Below, in pieces: positions 12,883 through 27,269 of a DNA stretch of 64,000 nucleotides. Below the pieces are notes generated by a model, which was not told the DNA's origin, did not search any database, and saw only the letters and a list, made by a program, of their open reading frames with translations. Every line of letters starts with the position of its first letter. Position 1 is the first letter of the stretch. Location: the NCBI RefSeq assembly GCF_009914755.1, contig NC_060945.1; one strand, given 5' to 3'. Origin of the DNA: the human T2T-CHM13v2.0 reference genome, Homo sapiens. Made by a program: the position numbers and the translations under genes.

Positions 12883-13912
12883 GATAATTTTACCAGGGAG
12901 GTATGCTACTATAAGATGTGTGTGTACCTCAAAGTAGAGCTTAACCATCATTGAGGCAAAGTAGAAACAACTAAAGGGAAAATTAGTTCACACTCATAGT
13001 TGAATATTTTACACCCAATTTTCAGTAATTGATGAAACTACTAGATACAAATATTAATAAACATATAAACTATTTAAATGACACTGTTTCTCAAATTACT
13101 TAAATTAAAATTTATGAACACTATACCCAGCTTTTCAGAATTCACATGGGAATTTCACCAAAGTAGACCAATTTTTGAGGCATATTATGACTTAATGAAT
13201 TAAAAAGAAAGAAATACTCCATACATTTTCACTGACCATGTGAAATTAATAACAACAGCAAAAAAACAATTAGAACAGATCCAAATATTTGGATATTTTA
13301 AATGACCTATGATTCAAAGAAGAAATTACAAAGGATATTAGAAAATGTGAATGAAATGAATTAACAACATATTAAAATTTATGGAATATTTCCACTGCCT
13401 TAAATATGTGGCTTTAAAGTTTTATAATATAGAATAAGAAAGGTTTAAAATCACTGAACTAAGTAAGTTTTCACCTTCAAAAACTTGAAAATGAGAAAAT
13501 TAAACATGAAGTAAGAATAAAGAAGAAAATAATAAAGAGCAGAAATCAATGAAACAAAAGTGAACTATAAGCAAAATTTATTCAAAAAACGTAAAAGCTG
13601 ATAAGGAGAATAAGGATATACAATGAAATAATAAATACCAAGAATGAAAGAGGTAGGAAGGGTAGAATTCATTCCAAAATTAAAATAATATTATTAAAAA
13701 TATGAAAAAAGTATGCTAATTCCACAACTTAGATAACATTGATTAATTACTGAAAAACAGAACATATCAAGACTATCACACAAAAAAATAGAAAATCAGA
13801 ATAAGACTATATCCATTAAAAAATTAAAATTATTTAAAAAAACATAAACAAAAACATCTCCGTAGCCACATGACATCAGATGTAATTATGTGGTTAATTT
13901 AAGAAAGTAATG
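12883..13912 (+). mobile_element. Old L1M ORF2 relic (endonuclease region onward)
   Basis: Decayed EN motifs 'catagttgaatattttacaccc', 'cacatgggaatttcaccaaagtagacc', 'ctgaccat', then 'agagcagaaatcaatgaaa'. Confidence 0.75.
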
Positions 13913-13916
13913 TTGA

Positions 13917-14151
13917 GGCTGGGCACAGTGGCTCACGCCTGTAATTCCAGCACTTTGGGAGGCTGAGGCAGTTGGATCATGAGGTCAGGAGTTTGAGACC
14001 AGCCTGACCAACATGGCAAAACCCCGTCTCTACTAAAAATACAAAAATTAGCCAGGTGTAGTGGGGGGCACCTGTAATCCCAGCTACTCAGGAGGCTGAG
14101 GCAGGAGAATCGCTTGTACCTGGGAGATGGAGGTTGCAGTGAGCCGAGATC
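13917..14151 (+). mobile_element. AluS, 3'-truncated (no tail)
   Basis: Alu consensus from 'ggctgggcacagtggctcacgcc' to 'gagccgagatc', then unrelated sequence. Confidence 0.95.
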
Positions 14152-16384
14152 CCTTCAAAGCTGTATCTACATTATTGCTTGATTGAATAACCAAGGAATG
14201 GGAATTTTGGGCTTGTGAATTATACTTTTCTAGAGAGGCATGAGGGAGCCGTGGAAAGAACTCTATTACTGGGCCTGAGGAAATCATGGAAAGGAAGTGT
14301 AAAAGGTATCATTATATCAGACAGATAGAATATTCCAAGTGTGAAAGCAGTAAAATATATCTAATAAACACAGTCTCAACAAAAAAATGCTTATAATTAG
14401 TATACCAATATCAATATATCTCACACTTTAAAAAAATACTTCTTCAGAAAACTCTAAAGAAGTTATGTATCCCATGACCTGGTAAATGATGACTCAACTA
14501 TAATAGCAATTTCTTATACTTATGTAGCATTTTATATTTTTTATATCAAATTTGGAATCGTGTAAACCTTTAAACTTTTTAAAATCTTTACAAATTTATA
14601 TATTTTTAAATTAATCCTTCCTTTGCCTTGAAAATAAGACAACCAAAGGAGATATATCTCACAACCAAGAAAAGAATAAACCACGTATTATGAGTACAAT
14701 TCAAGTTATTTAACATTAGCCAGATGTTCGCATGCGGTGTGCTAGATATATCTTCATTAAAACAAGAATATTAAGTTTTATAACATACTTCAAGCTGACC
14801 TGTGTTGTATATAACCAAAACATATAAGATGATTCAATCTTTGGAAGATATAAATGTGGATATCACAGTGAAACAAGTTAATGGACAATATCATGGGGCA
14901 AGAGGCTCTTCCAGGGTCATTCCTTCCTAACAGAAAATATTTTAAATATTTGTGTTTTAAAACTTAAACAATTTTTGGTTCTGCATTGTTTTCAAAATTG
15001 TTCTATTGATTTATGACCATTGAGATAATATTATTTCAGCTATACATTTTTTAATAACCAAAAAAACAAAACATTTAGGGGAATCCTGAATCTAGTTTGA
15101 GATTGTGGTGTAAGCACAAAAATATGAGCAGTTACTGGATGACAGAAGGGAGTTCTCTATGAAAGTATTTGGATCTTTAACTAAATGAGCTAGGATAGAC
15201 TGTTGGAGTCCTCATCTCTACTCATAATATCTGGCTACCCTGGCATTTAGCTTAGCAAGGTAAAGGCATACAAGGCTGGTAAATAAACTAGACTTGGAAG
15301 CTTGAGAAGCAAAAACAAACAAATAGGATGAAATAATTATAAAGAAAACAGTATCTCATTTCCAATGCCAACCAAGAAAAAAATTATTTAAAAAAATGGA
15401 ATGAATAAAATGTGAGAAGTTTTGACAGAATAATAAATAATTAAAATGTGGTGTATCTTCCACTCTGCACATAGTTTTTTTTGTAAAACAAGGGGAGCAG
15501 GTGGTGTGAGAGAGAATTGTGTACAGCAAGGAATAAAAGGACACCCAGCATAAGGGTTGCTTCCAGCAGATTTATACAAGAAAATAAATTGTGGAAAGAA
15601 TGTCATTATAATTGCTTAAAAATACTTTGCAATTTTGCTTTTCCATTCTCCTTTTCCTATTTCTACTGCCACCCATTTCACCTCTCATAACAACGTCTTT
15701 ACTAGCTTTTGCTTTTATTACGTGCGACATAAGCTAGGGAAGAATAGTGGAAATGACTATATGAATGAAAAAAAGACATCTATATTTTGACCAAGGGTGA
15801 CATCATTCTCCATATTCCAACTGGATATGATTCCAAAGGCAGACAGTAAAAAGAAGAAGAATGAGACTTAACCGAAGTATGAAATAAAGAGGAGATGTCA
15901 ACTGTAGTTTCTGTTCAACAAGGGCTGAAAGTAGATTCTTTTAAACAAAATGTGAGGCATTTTATCAAACAAGCCATTTCTATTTTTGACCGAACTCTAT
16001 AAATAACAATGTAAAGCAAAAGTGCTCTTTAAGTATAATGTAGTAGATTGGAAAATACTAAAAATCTAAAGGTATATTCTAAAACTACCATTATATAGAC
16101 TTACTCATATGTAGTTAATATTTTGAATTCTGCACTCTACAACTAACATTAACTTGGAAATGTTTGTATCTGTAAACCACACACTTGTTTTTAATGAGTC
16201 TAGTTTCAAAGCAAAACTGTTCTCTCTTTCAAATTATGATTTTAGGAAGTAGTGTAATTTAGTGGTGATTCTTAAAGGAGTTAAGGACAATTGAGCTTAT
16301 ACTTTAGTGTCATACCACTTACTAGCTTGGACACACATGTGCCACAGGTTTCCTATCTATAAGAGAAAGTAAGCTGGGTATATA

Positions 16385-16865
16385 AGCTAAATAACATATG
16401 GATCAGGAACTGTTCTGAAAAACTGAATATACAGTGATGAACAAGAAAGACAATGTGCTTAGACTAGAAACCTAAATTCTCATAAGTGGATAAAACAACA
16501 AATAAATGACCAAGATAGATTGTATGGTGTGGCATCTGTTATGAGGTAAATAAAAAAGACAGTTTGTTAAAAGTGACTCTGTGAGGAAGATGTTTTTAAT
16601 TGGGTGGTTCTGGAGTGCCTCAATGAGTAGGTGACGATTGTAATGTTCCTAAATGGTTAGGAATCTAGGATCTAAAGAAGACCTTTCCTGGTAGATGAAA
16701 CATAATAGAAAGGCCCTAGGGTATACATTTGCTTCATTGGTAGGAAGAGAAAGAAGGCTGTGGTCGTCCGAGGAAAGTAAGTCATTAAGTAAGTCATTAA
16801 GAAAATGGCGTGCAATAGAAATGGTGGAAACAAAGAATGGTTCAGATCACAGAAGGCCTTGGGGA
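16385..16865 (-). mobile_element. L2 relic
   Basis: 'caggaactgttctg..atacagtgatgaacaagaaagaca', 'gggtggttctggagtgcctcaatgagtaggtgacg'. Confidence 0.6.
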
Positions 16866-16866
16866 C

Positions 16867-17715
16867 TGTAATGGATGCCATTGGCTTACCCTTTTATATT
16901 CATTATCTACTCTGTCATGTGCTTTATGTATTCAGAAATGTAAACTGTATAAATTGCTGCAGTGGGTTGATTTATTTTTGGTTTTGCTGTTGGGTTTGGC
17001 AAATAGGTGACCCCAGGAGGATATCCAGAAATTAAGAAGAAAAAGAGGTGTTAGTACTACTTCACTATGACTACGGTCTGAATATTTGTATACCTACAAA
17101 TTTGTATGTTGAAATCCTAACACCCAGTGTAATCATGGCAGAAGGTAGGGCTTTTGGAATGTAATAAGGTTATGATGGTATAGTCCTCATGAACGGGATT
17201 AGTGCCTTAGAAGCCTAAGAGACACCTCTTACCCCTTCCACCATGGGAGGGTCCAGCAAGAAGGCACTGTCTATGGACCAGAAAGTTGACCCTCATGAGA
17301 CACTGCGTCTGCCACCTCCTTGATCTCGTACTTCTCAGGCTCTAGAACTCTGAGAAATAGATTTTGTGATGTATAGGCCACCCAGTTTATGCTGTTTTGT
17401 TATAGAAGCCTGAATGGACTGAGACACATATTGATTCACCCTGGAGCAACAGGATCCCTCTATAGAAAGCCCCAACTCCTATGAGGTAGACCTGTCCAGA
17501 CAGCTACTCTTTCTGGACACTGTAACAAATCACAACCCTTCAATCATAGGCTTGGTGAAGTCTCCCTCCTGTTGCAGGCCTGAAGCCCTGTACTACTCCC
17601 TGCTGGCTCACCTAAACTCTGACTACATCTACAACAATAATCCCATTATTTAGTTATCTTTAATTTGCCAAGTTTCAATGGGCTCTCTATTTCCTGCCGG
17701 GACTCTATCTGATGA
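16867..17715. mobile_element. Old ERVL-class LTR (LTR33/LTR16-like) interrupted by MLT1A
   Basis: Starts 'tgtaatggatgcc'; the end reads on the minus strand 'catcagatagagtcccggcaggaaatagagagcccattgaaacttgg', resembling LTR33-type termini. Confidence 0.45.
17068..17426 (+). mobile_element. MLT1A-type MaLR solo LTR
   Basis: 'tgactacggtctgaatatttgt..tatgttgaaatcctaac' through 'tgttatagaagcctgaatggactgagaca'. Confidence 0.85.
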
Positions 17716-18057
17716 AAACATAATAGTAAGGATTTGGTTTAATTATAACATGCATATTACATGCAAAATGCCTCATGTCATTACTCACAATTAGAAAACT
17801 TAATGCATTCTCAATGACACTATGGGAAACAGTGCTACATTTGCCATCCTCTCTCTTGATCTCTTTACCAGTGACCAACAGTGGACAGACCAGGAGATTG
17901 TATTTGTAGCCTTCAAATAGCACAAACTTGAATATTTTCTAGTAAATTTCCTGATTCTTCTCTTGCGATCTCCTGACTTCTGAAAAGGCAGAATGACCTA
18001 TCAGGAATACCACAGATACTAATGGGCAGGTTGCAGGTAGTCTTAAGAAAATTTCCA

Positions 18058-18337
18058 GGCTGGGCGTAGTGGCTCACACCTGTAATCCCAGCACTTTTGA
18101 GGTCCAGAGTTTGAGATCAGCCTGACCAACATGGTGAAACCCTGTCTCTACTGAAAATACAAAAATTAGCTGGGCATGGGGGTGCATGCCTGTAGTCCAA
18201 GCTGCTTGGGGATGGGGGCGCTGAAGCATGAGAATCACTTGAACCCAGAGGCAGAAGTTGCAGTGAGCCGAGATTGCACCACTACACTCCAGCCTGGGCG
18301 ATAGAGTAAGACTCTGTCTAAAAAAAAAAAAAAAAAA
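18058..18337 (+). mobile_element. AluS with left-arm internal deletion
   Basis: Alu consensus, poly(A) tail, TSD 'aaaatttcca'; about 25 nt missing after 'gcacttt'. Confidence 0.95.
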
Positions 18338-19452
18338 TTTCCAATCCACACCCCTGCAAGAAATGGAAGATGATAAAGAGGGGAAAATGCATAATTAATT
18401 TTGCTCTCGTAAGAATCTCCTTAAAAATCTATATGAACAGGCAAAAAAGGCATTGATTGTCTGAAAAATTGGAAGGGATTTTGCAAAATGAACTGCTTGC
18501 ATGCTTGAATTTTTTACACCTAAAGTATTTCTTGCTTTAAATCATTGTTAAGTCTTAGTTTCTGCTCCTAAAATAAGGAAATATTGAATATTTTAAGACA
18601 AAACATCCAATCTAAGTATATGCTGTTCATTTAAGAAAAACACAGTTTCTCTTGAGATGGCTCAGACCTGCTAGATTTTTTTAAGCAAAATAGATAAATA
18701 GAAAGATATTCAATCCAAGTTTAGGTTTAGTGCAAACACAGATAAAACGCTTGAGTTATTCTCCAAAGCTCTAGCAATTTCTTCCCATAAAACTACATCA
18801 ACATAATACATTCTGTGTTTACACAGGTAAACAGAAGCAGAGGTTTGAACAAGAATCTGGTGATTTTGATCAGCATAAACATCCAGGAACTGAATTATCT
18901 GAATAGCTGAGATCAAAATCTCCCTCTTTCTTTCACATCAGGTTTCCATTTATTTATTTAGAACATTTAGCTGATGATTAAGGACACGAGATTTGGGGAA
19001 AGAGGGGTTTGAATTTTTTAAAATTAATTTGTGTACAAAGGGAATATAAAGACTTAAACTTTGTTGGGTATTCACCAGATAAGAGCATTTAGCCCTGACT
19101 TAAGAAATGTAAATCAAATCTCCACATCACACAGGAGAAAGTTGACAATTATAAAAGAAAATAAAATAATGCAGTATTTTCACTAGGTCCACATTTTCAA
19201 GTTGTTTTAAGATAATACTATTTCTTTTCATAAAACAGGAGGTTCCTTTGTCAACGAATTCAACAAAGCTGTAAGCAAAGCCAATGGAAGAATATGTCAG
19301 ATACTGAGTTTATGACAGGTAAGTTGTTTGCTTTTGGAGGTGGTTGTAGATGTTGCTGGCTTAATTAGTATTGAGGGAAATGAGAAGGCTTAAGATACTT
19401 TATCCATTTAGAGGTTCAAGGTACCTAGGCCCAAATATTCCAATAAACCACA

Positions 19453-19522
19453 TTTTTTTTTTTTTTTGAGACAGGAGTCTTGCTCTGTTGCCCAGGCTGG
19501 AGTGCAGTGGTGCGATATCGGC
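19453..19522 (-). mobile_element. Severely 5'-truncated Alu
   Basis: Poly(T) plus about 55 nt of the Alu 3' end, flanked by a perfect TSD 'ccaataaaccacattttt' (19440-19457; 19522-19539). Confidence 0.95.
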
Positions 19523-20167
19523 CAATAAACCACATTTTTGCATTCAACTACATGAAATGTTGATTAAAGTCTTCGAGAATAAACAATAACATCAGCAGCA
19601 ACAACAACCATGAAATATTTCCTTCTCATTTCTAACAGTTATGACTACACTAGGATTTCTCTGTTTATAAATCTTTCCTTTTTGGGCTATCAAGTAGTCT
19701 AATCACTCTCAGTCTTAAGCTTTATTTGTTTTTACTCAGCCATTGGTTAATTGGTTCACTCAACAAACACAGTTGTGAGATGCCTACTAAACGTCAAGGT
19801 AATACTAAATAATGAGAATATACAGATTTATAACACAGAGACATCATTTCTACTATGGAGGGGGTTAACATTCTTTAATTATTAACCACTAGTATGGTAG
19901 TAAAAAGAAAATAAAATTCAACCGTTACTTTACAGTTACATTAGGATTTCAAGTTATTTTTGGTTAGAAATTAAAACAATCATGAGGCATTTAACTGGAA
20001 CTTTTATATTTAAATTAGTATTTTCTAACCTTTTTCTACTAGCGTTTTTGTTTTTTACTAATGATAAAGAGGACCATTATAAACTGGAGGGATTCAGATG
20101 TCACAACGTTATTATAAGGTTTGACTTACTGTAAAATTTCCTTACCTGGAAGGTTTAAGTCAATTAC

Positions 20168-20186
20168 AGCCCTGCAGGGGGAGTCT
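20168..20186 (+). promoter_or_regulatory. Candidate CTCF motif
   Basis: 'agccctgcagggggagtct' resembles the CTCF core CCASYAGRKGGCRS; GC-rich spot in AT-rich DNA. Confidence 0.35.
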
Positions 20187-21809
20187 TCATTATTACAAAA
20201 GGAACTTGAGAAGGGTATTTATTTGTTCTTCTGAACAAGGGCATCAATATACATATTTTGCTTACAAATGGTAGGTTTGTAATTAGGTCTCTTCTAGTAT
20301 GAACTAAACTTGAACCTTCTTATTTTGCCTAAGTGTTCTCTAAATTACATGTGTACTTTGATTTTTAGTAATTTACTTCATTGTCTCTCAAGACACTACT
20401 AGTGCTTATGATTACCTTTTTTAGCAATTGATGATCCTTAATAACTGATTTTCTAAGTGGAATACTTAAAAATTCTCACAATAAATTTTTAAAGTATAAA
20501 AGCAACAACATTTCTGATATACAGGCTCTTCTTTAGCTGCAGGGTGTGTGTAAAACTCAGTAATCTTATCTTGGTATGGATTTGACTTCCTGTAGATTAA
20601 CTGTACTTTAATCTGCTTATGTTCTGATTCTCATATTTTTCACTATTCCTTCTGATACAGTTAAACAAGCTTAGGGTGCAAAGCTTACAGTGCTATCCCT
20701 GAGACAGCAAATTAAGTAATTACTAATCAAAAGAAGAAGATGAAAGGAGAGATAGATAAGTCATTAGCATTGATTTTAACTAGCAATTCTAGGCCACCAT
20801 AAGTCAAAGAGTGAGTTCTTGGAGAGAAAGATATGGACGCTCCATCCCAGAAACATAGCAGAAAGTGGGATTTTGGGGAAAAGGAATGAGACCCCAATCT
20901 TCTAGGTTGTTCAACCCATAACTATAGTAAGTAGAGCACCAGATAACCTAGACTCTTGCTTCCCTTATGTAAAGTTTCATACTCAAATCTAGATGCCCCA
21001 TAAGGTGCAACATCAGATCTGCACCTTTGATTATAGCCTCCTTTATTCTCATACTGATTCCATTCAGATTAATATCTGCTGTATGCATATTTATATAATG
21101 ACATAAATATTGACTCTAGTAAAGAAGAAAATCAGATTTTTAATTAAATGATTAATGCTAGTAATAAAATATTTGTCTTTTATTTAAAGTTGTACACAAA
21201 TGTTGATAAAATAGTTAACTTTTAAGCTTTCTCCTGTCTCCACAAGCCAAAAGCTTTAGAAGGCTGAAGAATTTAAATATCATTTTTAAAAGCTAGTATA
21301 TGTTCCAGAATTTATTTATAAAAAGATTTTGTTGTTTTGTGCATCACTTCACAGAAAAATTAACGTCATTGGAGTTACTAAGTCAATGATTCTTGGTAGT
21401 ATAAATGGATTTTTGTGGCAACCGATATAAATTTACATAGGAAGGACTGCAGAAAGCTCGATGAAAAACCAACACCAGAAAAAAAAAAAAAAAGCAGAAA
21501 AGCCAAAATTTCTCTCCCAGGAGAAGCCATGTGCTATTAGTAGCAATGTAGCAATGCCAAGTTTGTGAAAATTAGGGTTTTGACAAATCCAATGCTAGTG
21601 GACCTTGACTGATTTTTCTGTTTTGACAAATAGCATAAGTCATTTGAATGAAGCTAATTCTGCTGACAAAAATTATGGATTTATTTCTTCTGTCATTGTA
21701 CGTTGCTCACAGGATAAAAAAAAAAAACTACTAATAAATTCATTATGTTGCATTTCTAAGCCTTGAGAATATCCTGACTTCTTTCTATTTTGTTTTTGCT
21801 TGAATATTT

Positions 21810-22275
21810 CAAATGTTGATTGCAAAAACGCCCCCTGCTGACCACAGCTCCCCGTTATGCATGCTGTTTGTACATGTCATTGCAGCTCTTCCCATTTAGA
21901 GGTGGACTTGCTTTCTCTATCCCCTGAATCAGAGCTGGCCTTGTGACTTGATTTGGACAATAGAATGCAGGGCAGTCATGGTGTGGCATTCTGAGCCTAG
22001 TTCTCCAGAAAGCTGGCATGCTGCCACTCTCTTGGAATGCTGCCCTTTTGCCTTGGACTGGCCAGCTGTAGGATTAGAGACTACAATGAGCAGAGCTGAT
22101 GCATCTCAGCTAAGGTCATCTTAGACCAGCCAGTTCCCACTGACTCATCTCCAACATCAGCCAAATATGACCTAGATCTGCAGAGCCTTCCAAAGATCAG
22201 TCTCATGAGAAAGAATAAAATGATAATAGTTTTAAAACTCTAAGATACCGGTGTTTGGCTACAAAAAATAATTAA
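21810..22275 (+). mobile_element. MLT1G/H-type MaLR LTR
   Basis: 'ttgcagctcttcccatttagaggtgg..cccctgaatcagagctggccttgtgacttgatttggacaatagaatg'. Confidence 0.8.
21828..21844 (-). promoter_or_regulatory. Strong CTCF motif match
   Basis: Minus strand reads TGGTCAGCAGGGGGCGT, near-consensus, with its CpG retained. Confidence 0.55.
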
Positions 22276-22309
22276 AAATTTGAAATGAACTGCTGACTGT
22301 CATGGTATT

Positions 22310-22450
22310 AAATCTCACATATTTATTTAACAAATATTTACTAAAATTCGCCAAGTGCCTAGAACTCTGCAAGGCACTCCAGAGGAAATAAAAATTATAT
22401 GAAAACAAGACTTTGACCCAATTAACATAATTCTTGAGGAGAACAACACT
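22310..22450 (-). mobile_element. L2 3' end relic
   Basis: 'atttatttaacaaatatttactaaaattcgccaagtgcctagaactctgcaaggcact'. Confidence 0.55.
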
Positions 22451-23366
22451 GCATGCCCTACGCAAGTCTTGAATATTTATGTACACTTCAAATTTTCCTG
22501 ATTCATGACAATTCTCTCATTTTTAATCTAGGAATACCACCAAGACTTTCTGACTTCCAAGGGGCTTTAGAAATATTCAAATCTTCAGAGCAATCACTTC
22601 ATGGTAGTCAAATTCTAGAAAACAATGTATATCCTTGTGTTAGGACTAAATTAAAATAATTAATTAAGACATAAATATAACTAAAGTTCCTTTTAAAAAT
22701 CCTGCTCTTAAGTAAAATTATGTTAATATTACCCTGCACTAAAATATGAAAAAATAAAGTTATTCATAGCTTATTATATTATTTACTGTTTTAATCTTTC
22801 TGTTATGGTTGTTTGAATGTTAAATTTGATGCCTTTGTTTTATCATTGTACCAAGAATGATAGTTCTCAATATAAAGTGAAAGCTGCAAAAAAAAAAAAA
22901 AAGTAAGCCTTTTTGTTTTTTCCGACAGGAAATTACTTTCACACAGGCAGACTTACTAGATTAACCATTCATGGCTACCCACTTAAATGGAAAGAGACCC
23001 ACAGTAGCAGATTGTGGATCGTTCTACAACATCTTTAGCGTAAACTTAAAGGCAAAAGGAATTAGTCTTGACAAACCCCTAAACTGGTCAAGTAGAAAAA
23101 TGCCCCTGATAGAAACTTCCCTCACTATGTTGTGTTATTAGTGAAAAGAGGACAAGGGAGTAAAACAATGTTAAGAAGGAGGAAGAAAAGAGTGCATATA
23201 CCATAAAGAGCAGGCAAGTGAACCACAAATGAGGCTTCTCCATTTAGCCCAGTTCCTCCTTTTTAAGCACTACTGAACAAACTAAAGAACTTCTCTAGGC
23301 CTCCATGTGCCCTATTTTATAAAATTTTTACAAGAACCCTATGCAACTAAACTTTAAAGAGTCTTA

Positions 23367-23757
<391 letters not shown>

Positions 23758-25339
23758 CTATCACCCCCAAAATGCTATGTATAACATGGTACAGTTAAAC
23801 CTAATTAAGCATAAACATATTCCATGTGATGTTTTTAGCGTTTTATTATATTTAAAGTTGAAAATCATGTGTACATTCTGCACACACATATTAGTATATA
23901 ACCAGCCAGGCACTGGCTCTGGCTCTAAGGACTTAAGATTAATTAGACAAATGAGTTGTATTATTCTTGTATGTTTATTGGTTTATAACAATGCAACTGT
24001 CTCAGGGACTTCAAAATGGATTGAGATAGTCTGGATCACTCCAATTTACATCTTCATTATGTTATCATAGATCACGTTATCAATGTAATTAGCATAAGGG
24101 TAGAAAATTTTTTTAAAATGCTGAAGTTCTTAGTGTAATGGATGAAATAAGAAAGAAGGGAAACATGGCTAGGAGAATGAAGTATGCACACTTTTGAAAT
24201 AATCTTAGGAAAAGCTTACATTCTTGATATTTAAAAATATTTTTAGTTCTCGCATATCATTGATTATGTGAATATATAAACACATACAGAACATTTTTGC
24301 CTCCCAATTATTTAGAATGCCATTGTTTTTGTCATTTCCTTCGTCCTTAGAGTTGTATTAAACTGTATAGCAATTTATTTCAAGGTACAAATGGTGGTAA
24401 TTAAGTGGATGATAGATGAGCAGAAACTTGGGTATAATAGAATACATTAAATTTCTAGCATTTACTTCAGTGTCATTTGTCATTTCTAACAAAAAATGAT
24501 TCACCACGGGATTGTGAGAAATTTTCTATACTGGGTAGATATTGGTATCTTTAGTATAGCTCAGTTTCTGGTAAAAGCAGGAATTAATATGAGGTAATCA
24601 CTCAAGAAATTTCTAATCTAATTACTATATGATTTAAGGGGTAAAAGTCTCTAAATCTTGGAAATAACCTCTGGATTATATGCCCAAGAGCAAGTTGGCA
24701 GTACAGTAGATATTCCAGAATGAACCACTCTTCTATAGTTTACAAAAATTACAGTCACTCATAAGACGCCATAACAACCAGGACTCTAAAGCAGAGTGTA
24801 AAATAGTTATGAATGTAGTCAAGTATACACGCTATTTTCTAAAATTGCTTCTGTACATCATGTAATTTCCTCAGGTGAAGGCATCTAACATATTATGTGT
24901 GGTACCTAGGAAGAGAACTTTTCATGAACACCATCTGCATTCTGCCATTTTGTGGTCTTAATAAGAGCCTTCGCAATGCAGGGGGTGTGGAGAATTGACA
25001 GATTTTGTGCATATCCATGCTTTTTCACCATGTTTGCTATATTCATCAGAATATAAGCTTTCAGGTTTAAAAGATGAGCTGAAGTTCATTTCGCTGTGCA
25101 AATCAGCACATTAAGCAAGCCAAGCAGAAAAGCCTTCGAGGTAAACAGAAAACCTGAAAGGGGCTTTGCTCTCAACTATAATGGGAAATAAGATTTAAAC
25201 GTTAATTTGACCTAAGAGTCAGAATCAAGAAGTACAGAAAAAAAAGTCCTGAAAATGTGTATACAGTTGCACCTTAGAGTGTGAAAAATGACAGAACTTA
25301 CTTAAAAGTTAAAAAATATTCTATTAAAACTTACCATTC

Positions 25340-25750
25340 ATGTAGGTTAAACCACTGTAACGGAAAGACTCAAAGAGTATTTATTTATTTATTTATTTAT
25401 TTATTTATTAATAGTATAGGTAGGTGTTCCTGGTTGGTAGCTAGCTCTCTTCCACATCGGGACGCAGGCTACGTTTTTAATAGTACTTTTTTGTCTTCTA
25501 GGGCCTTGCCATTGTTCATATCATAAAGCTGGTCTATCATGCCCAGTGCTTGGACAGAAGAAGAAGAGAGCAATGGAGACAGCCCACCTGCTGGGTTAAA
25601 GGCTTGAGCATTACAGCAGCACATTCAGCTCTCATTTTATTAAAAAGAATTTGGTCAAATGACCACACTGACTGCAAGAGAGGCTAGTAAAGTAGTTTTG
25701 CTGTGCATCCAGGAAGAGGAGCAGAAATGATTTTGTGCTACAGTCATCTA
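25340..25750 (-). mobile_element. MLT1K/L-type MaLR LTR relic
   Basis: 'ggtcaaatgaccacactgactgcaagagaggctagtaaagtagttttgctgtgcatccaggaagagg'. Confidence 0.6.
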
Positions 25751-25757
25751 CATGTAA

Positions 25758-26230
<473 letters not shown>

Positions 26231-26946
26231 TCTGTACTCTCCCTAAAATAAAAGAAGTTTAAAAACAATTGCTGTCAGTCATTTGGCTGTGTCATCATCT
26301 AAGCTATCTAATGATAAGAGAAACAGCAGTAACTGTTAGCATACCGATTGTATAAACTTGGGGGATATTTATGAATACAACATCAGTGTGAATTACCAGT
26401 TTAAGGACTTTACAGAGAAAAAAGAGGAAGGAAATTTATGTCTTCAAGTCCGGATATTTAGATGTGTGCTTGAGTGAGTAGCAATCTTTCTGAACCTCAG
26501 ATTTCTTTTATGTAAAATGAAACAAACCATATAAATCTAAGTAGAAACTAAATTGCATCATTTGTCAAAATTAAAACAAGATAAAATGTGTGAAAGCATT
26601 CTGTAATATTTTAGGTGACACATATTCATACTGGACAAATTGTGAATGATTTCTGCCTTTAAAACTCAAAAAAAAAGGCTAAATTGTGGATGTTATTATT
26701 TACTATTTAAATAGTTGAATAATTTAAACTAAGCCTTTCAACAAATAATTGCCTTATAATCAATTATCCATGCCTTCTCTTTTTATGTTTAAAGGAAAAT
26801 AAAAATATCGTTATTTGCCTTTTTACTTTTATCATTTGCAGCTTCTTTGAAGAAAAATAATCTGTCAAATTTTTGGTCCTAGTATTACAGCAATTCCTTC
26901 CAAACATTTTTGGGAGTATATCTCTATCAGTAAAAAAATGATGTTA

Positions 26947-27269
<323 letters not shown>

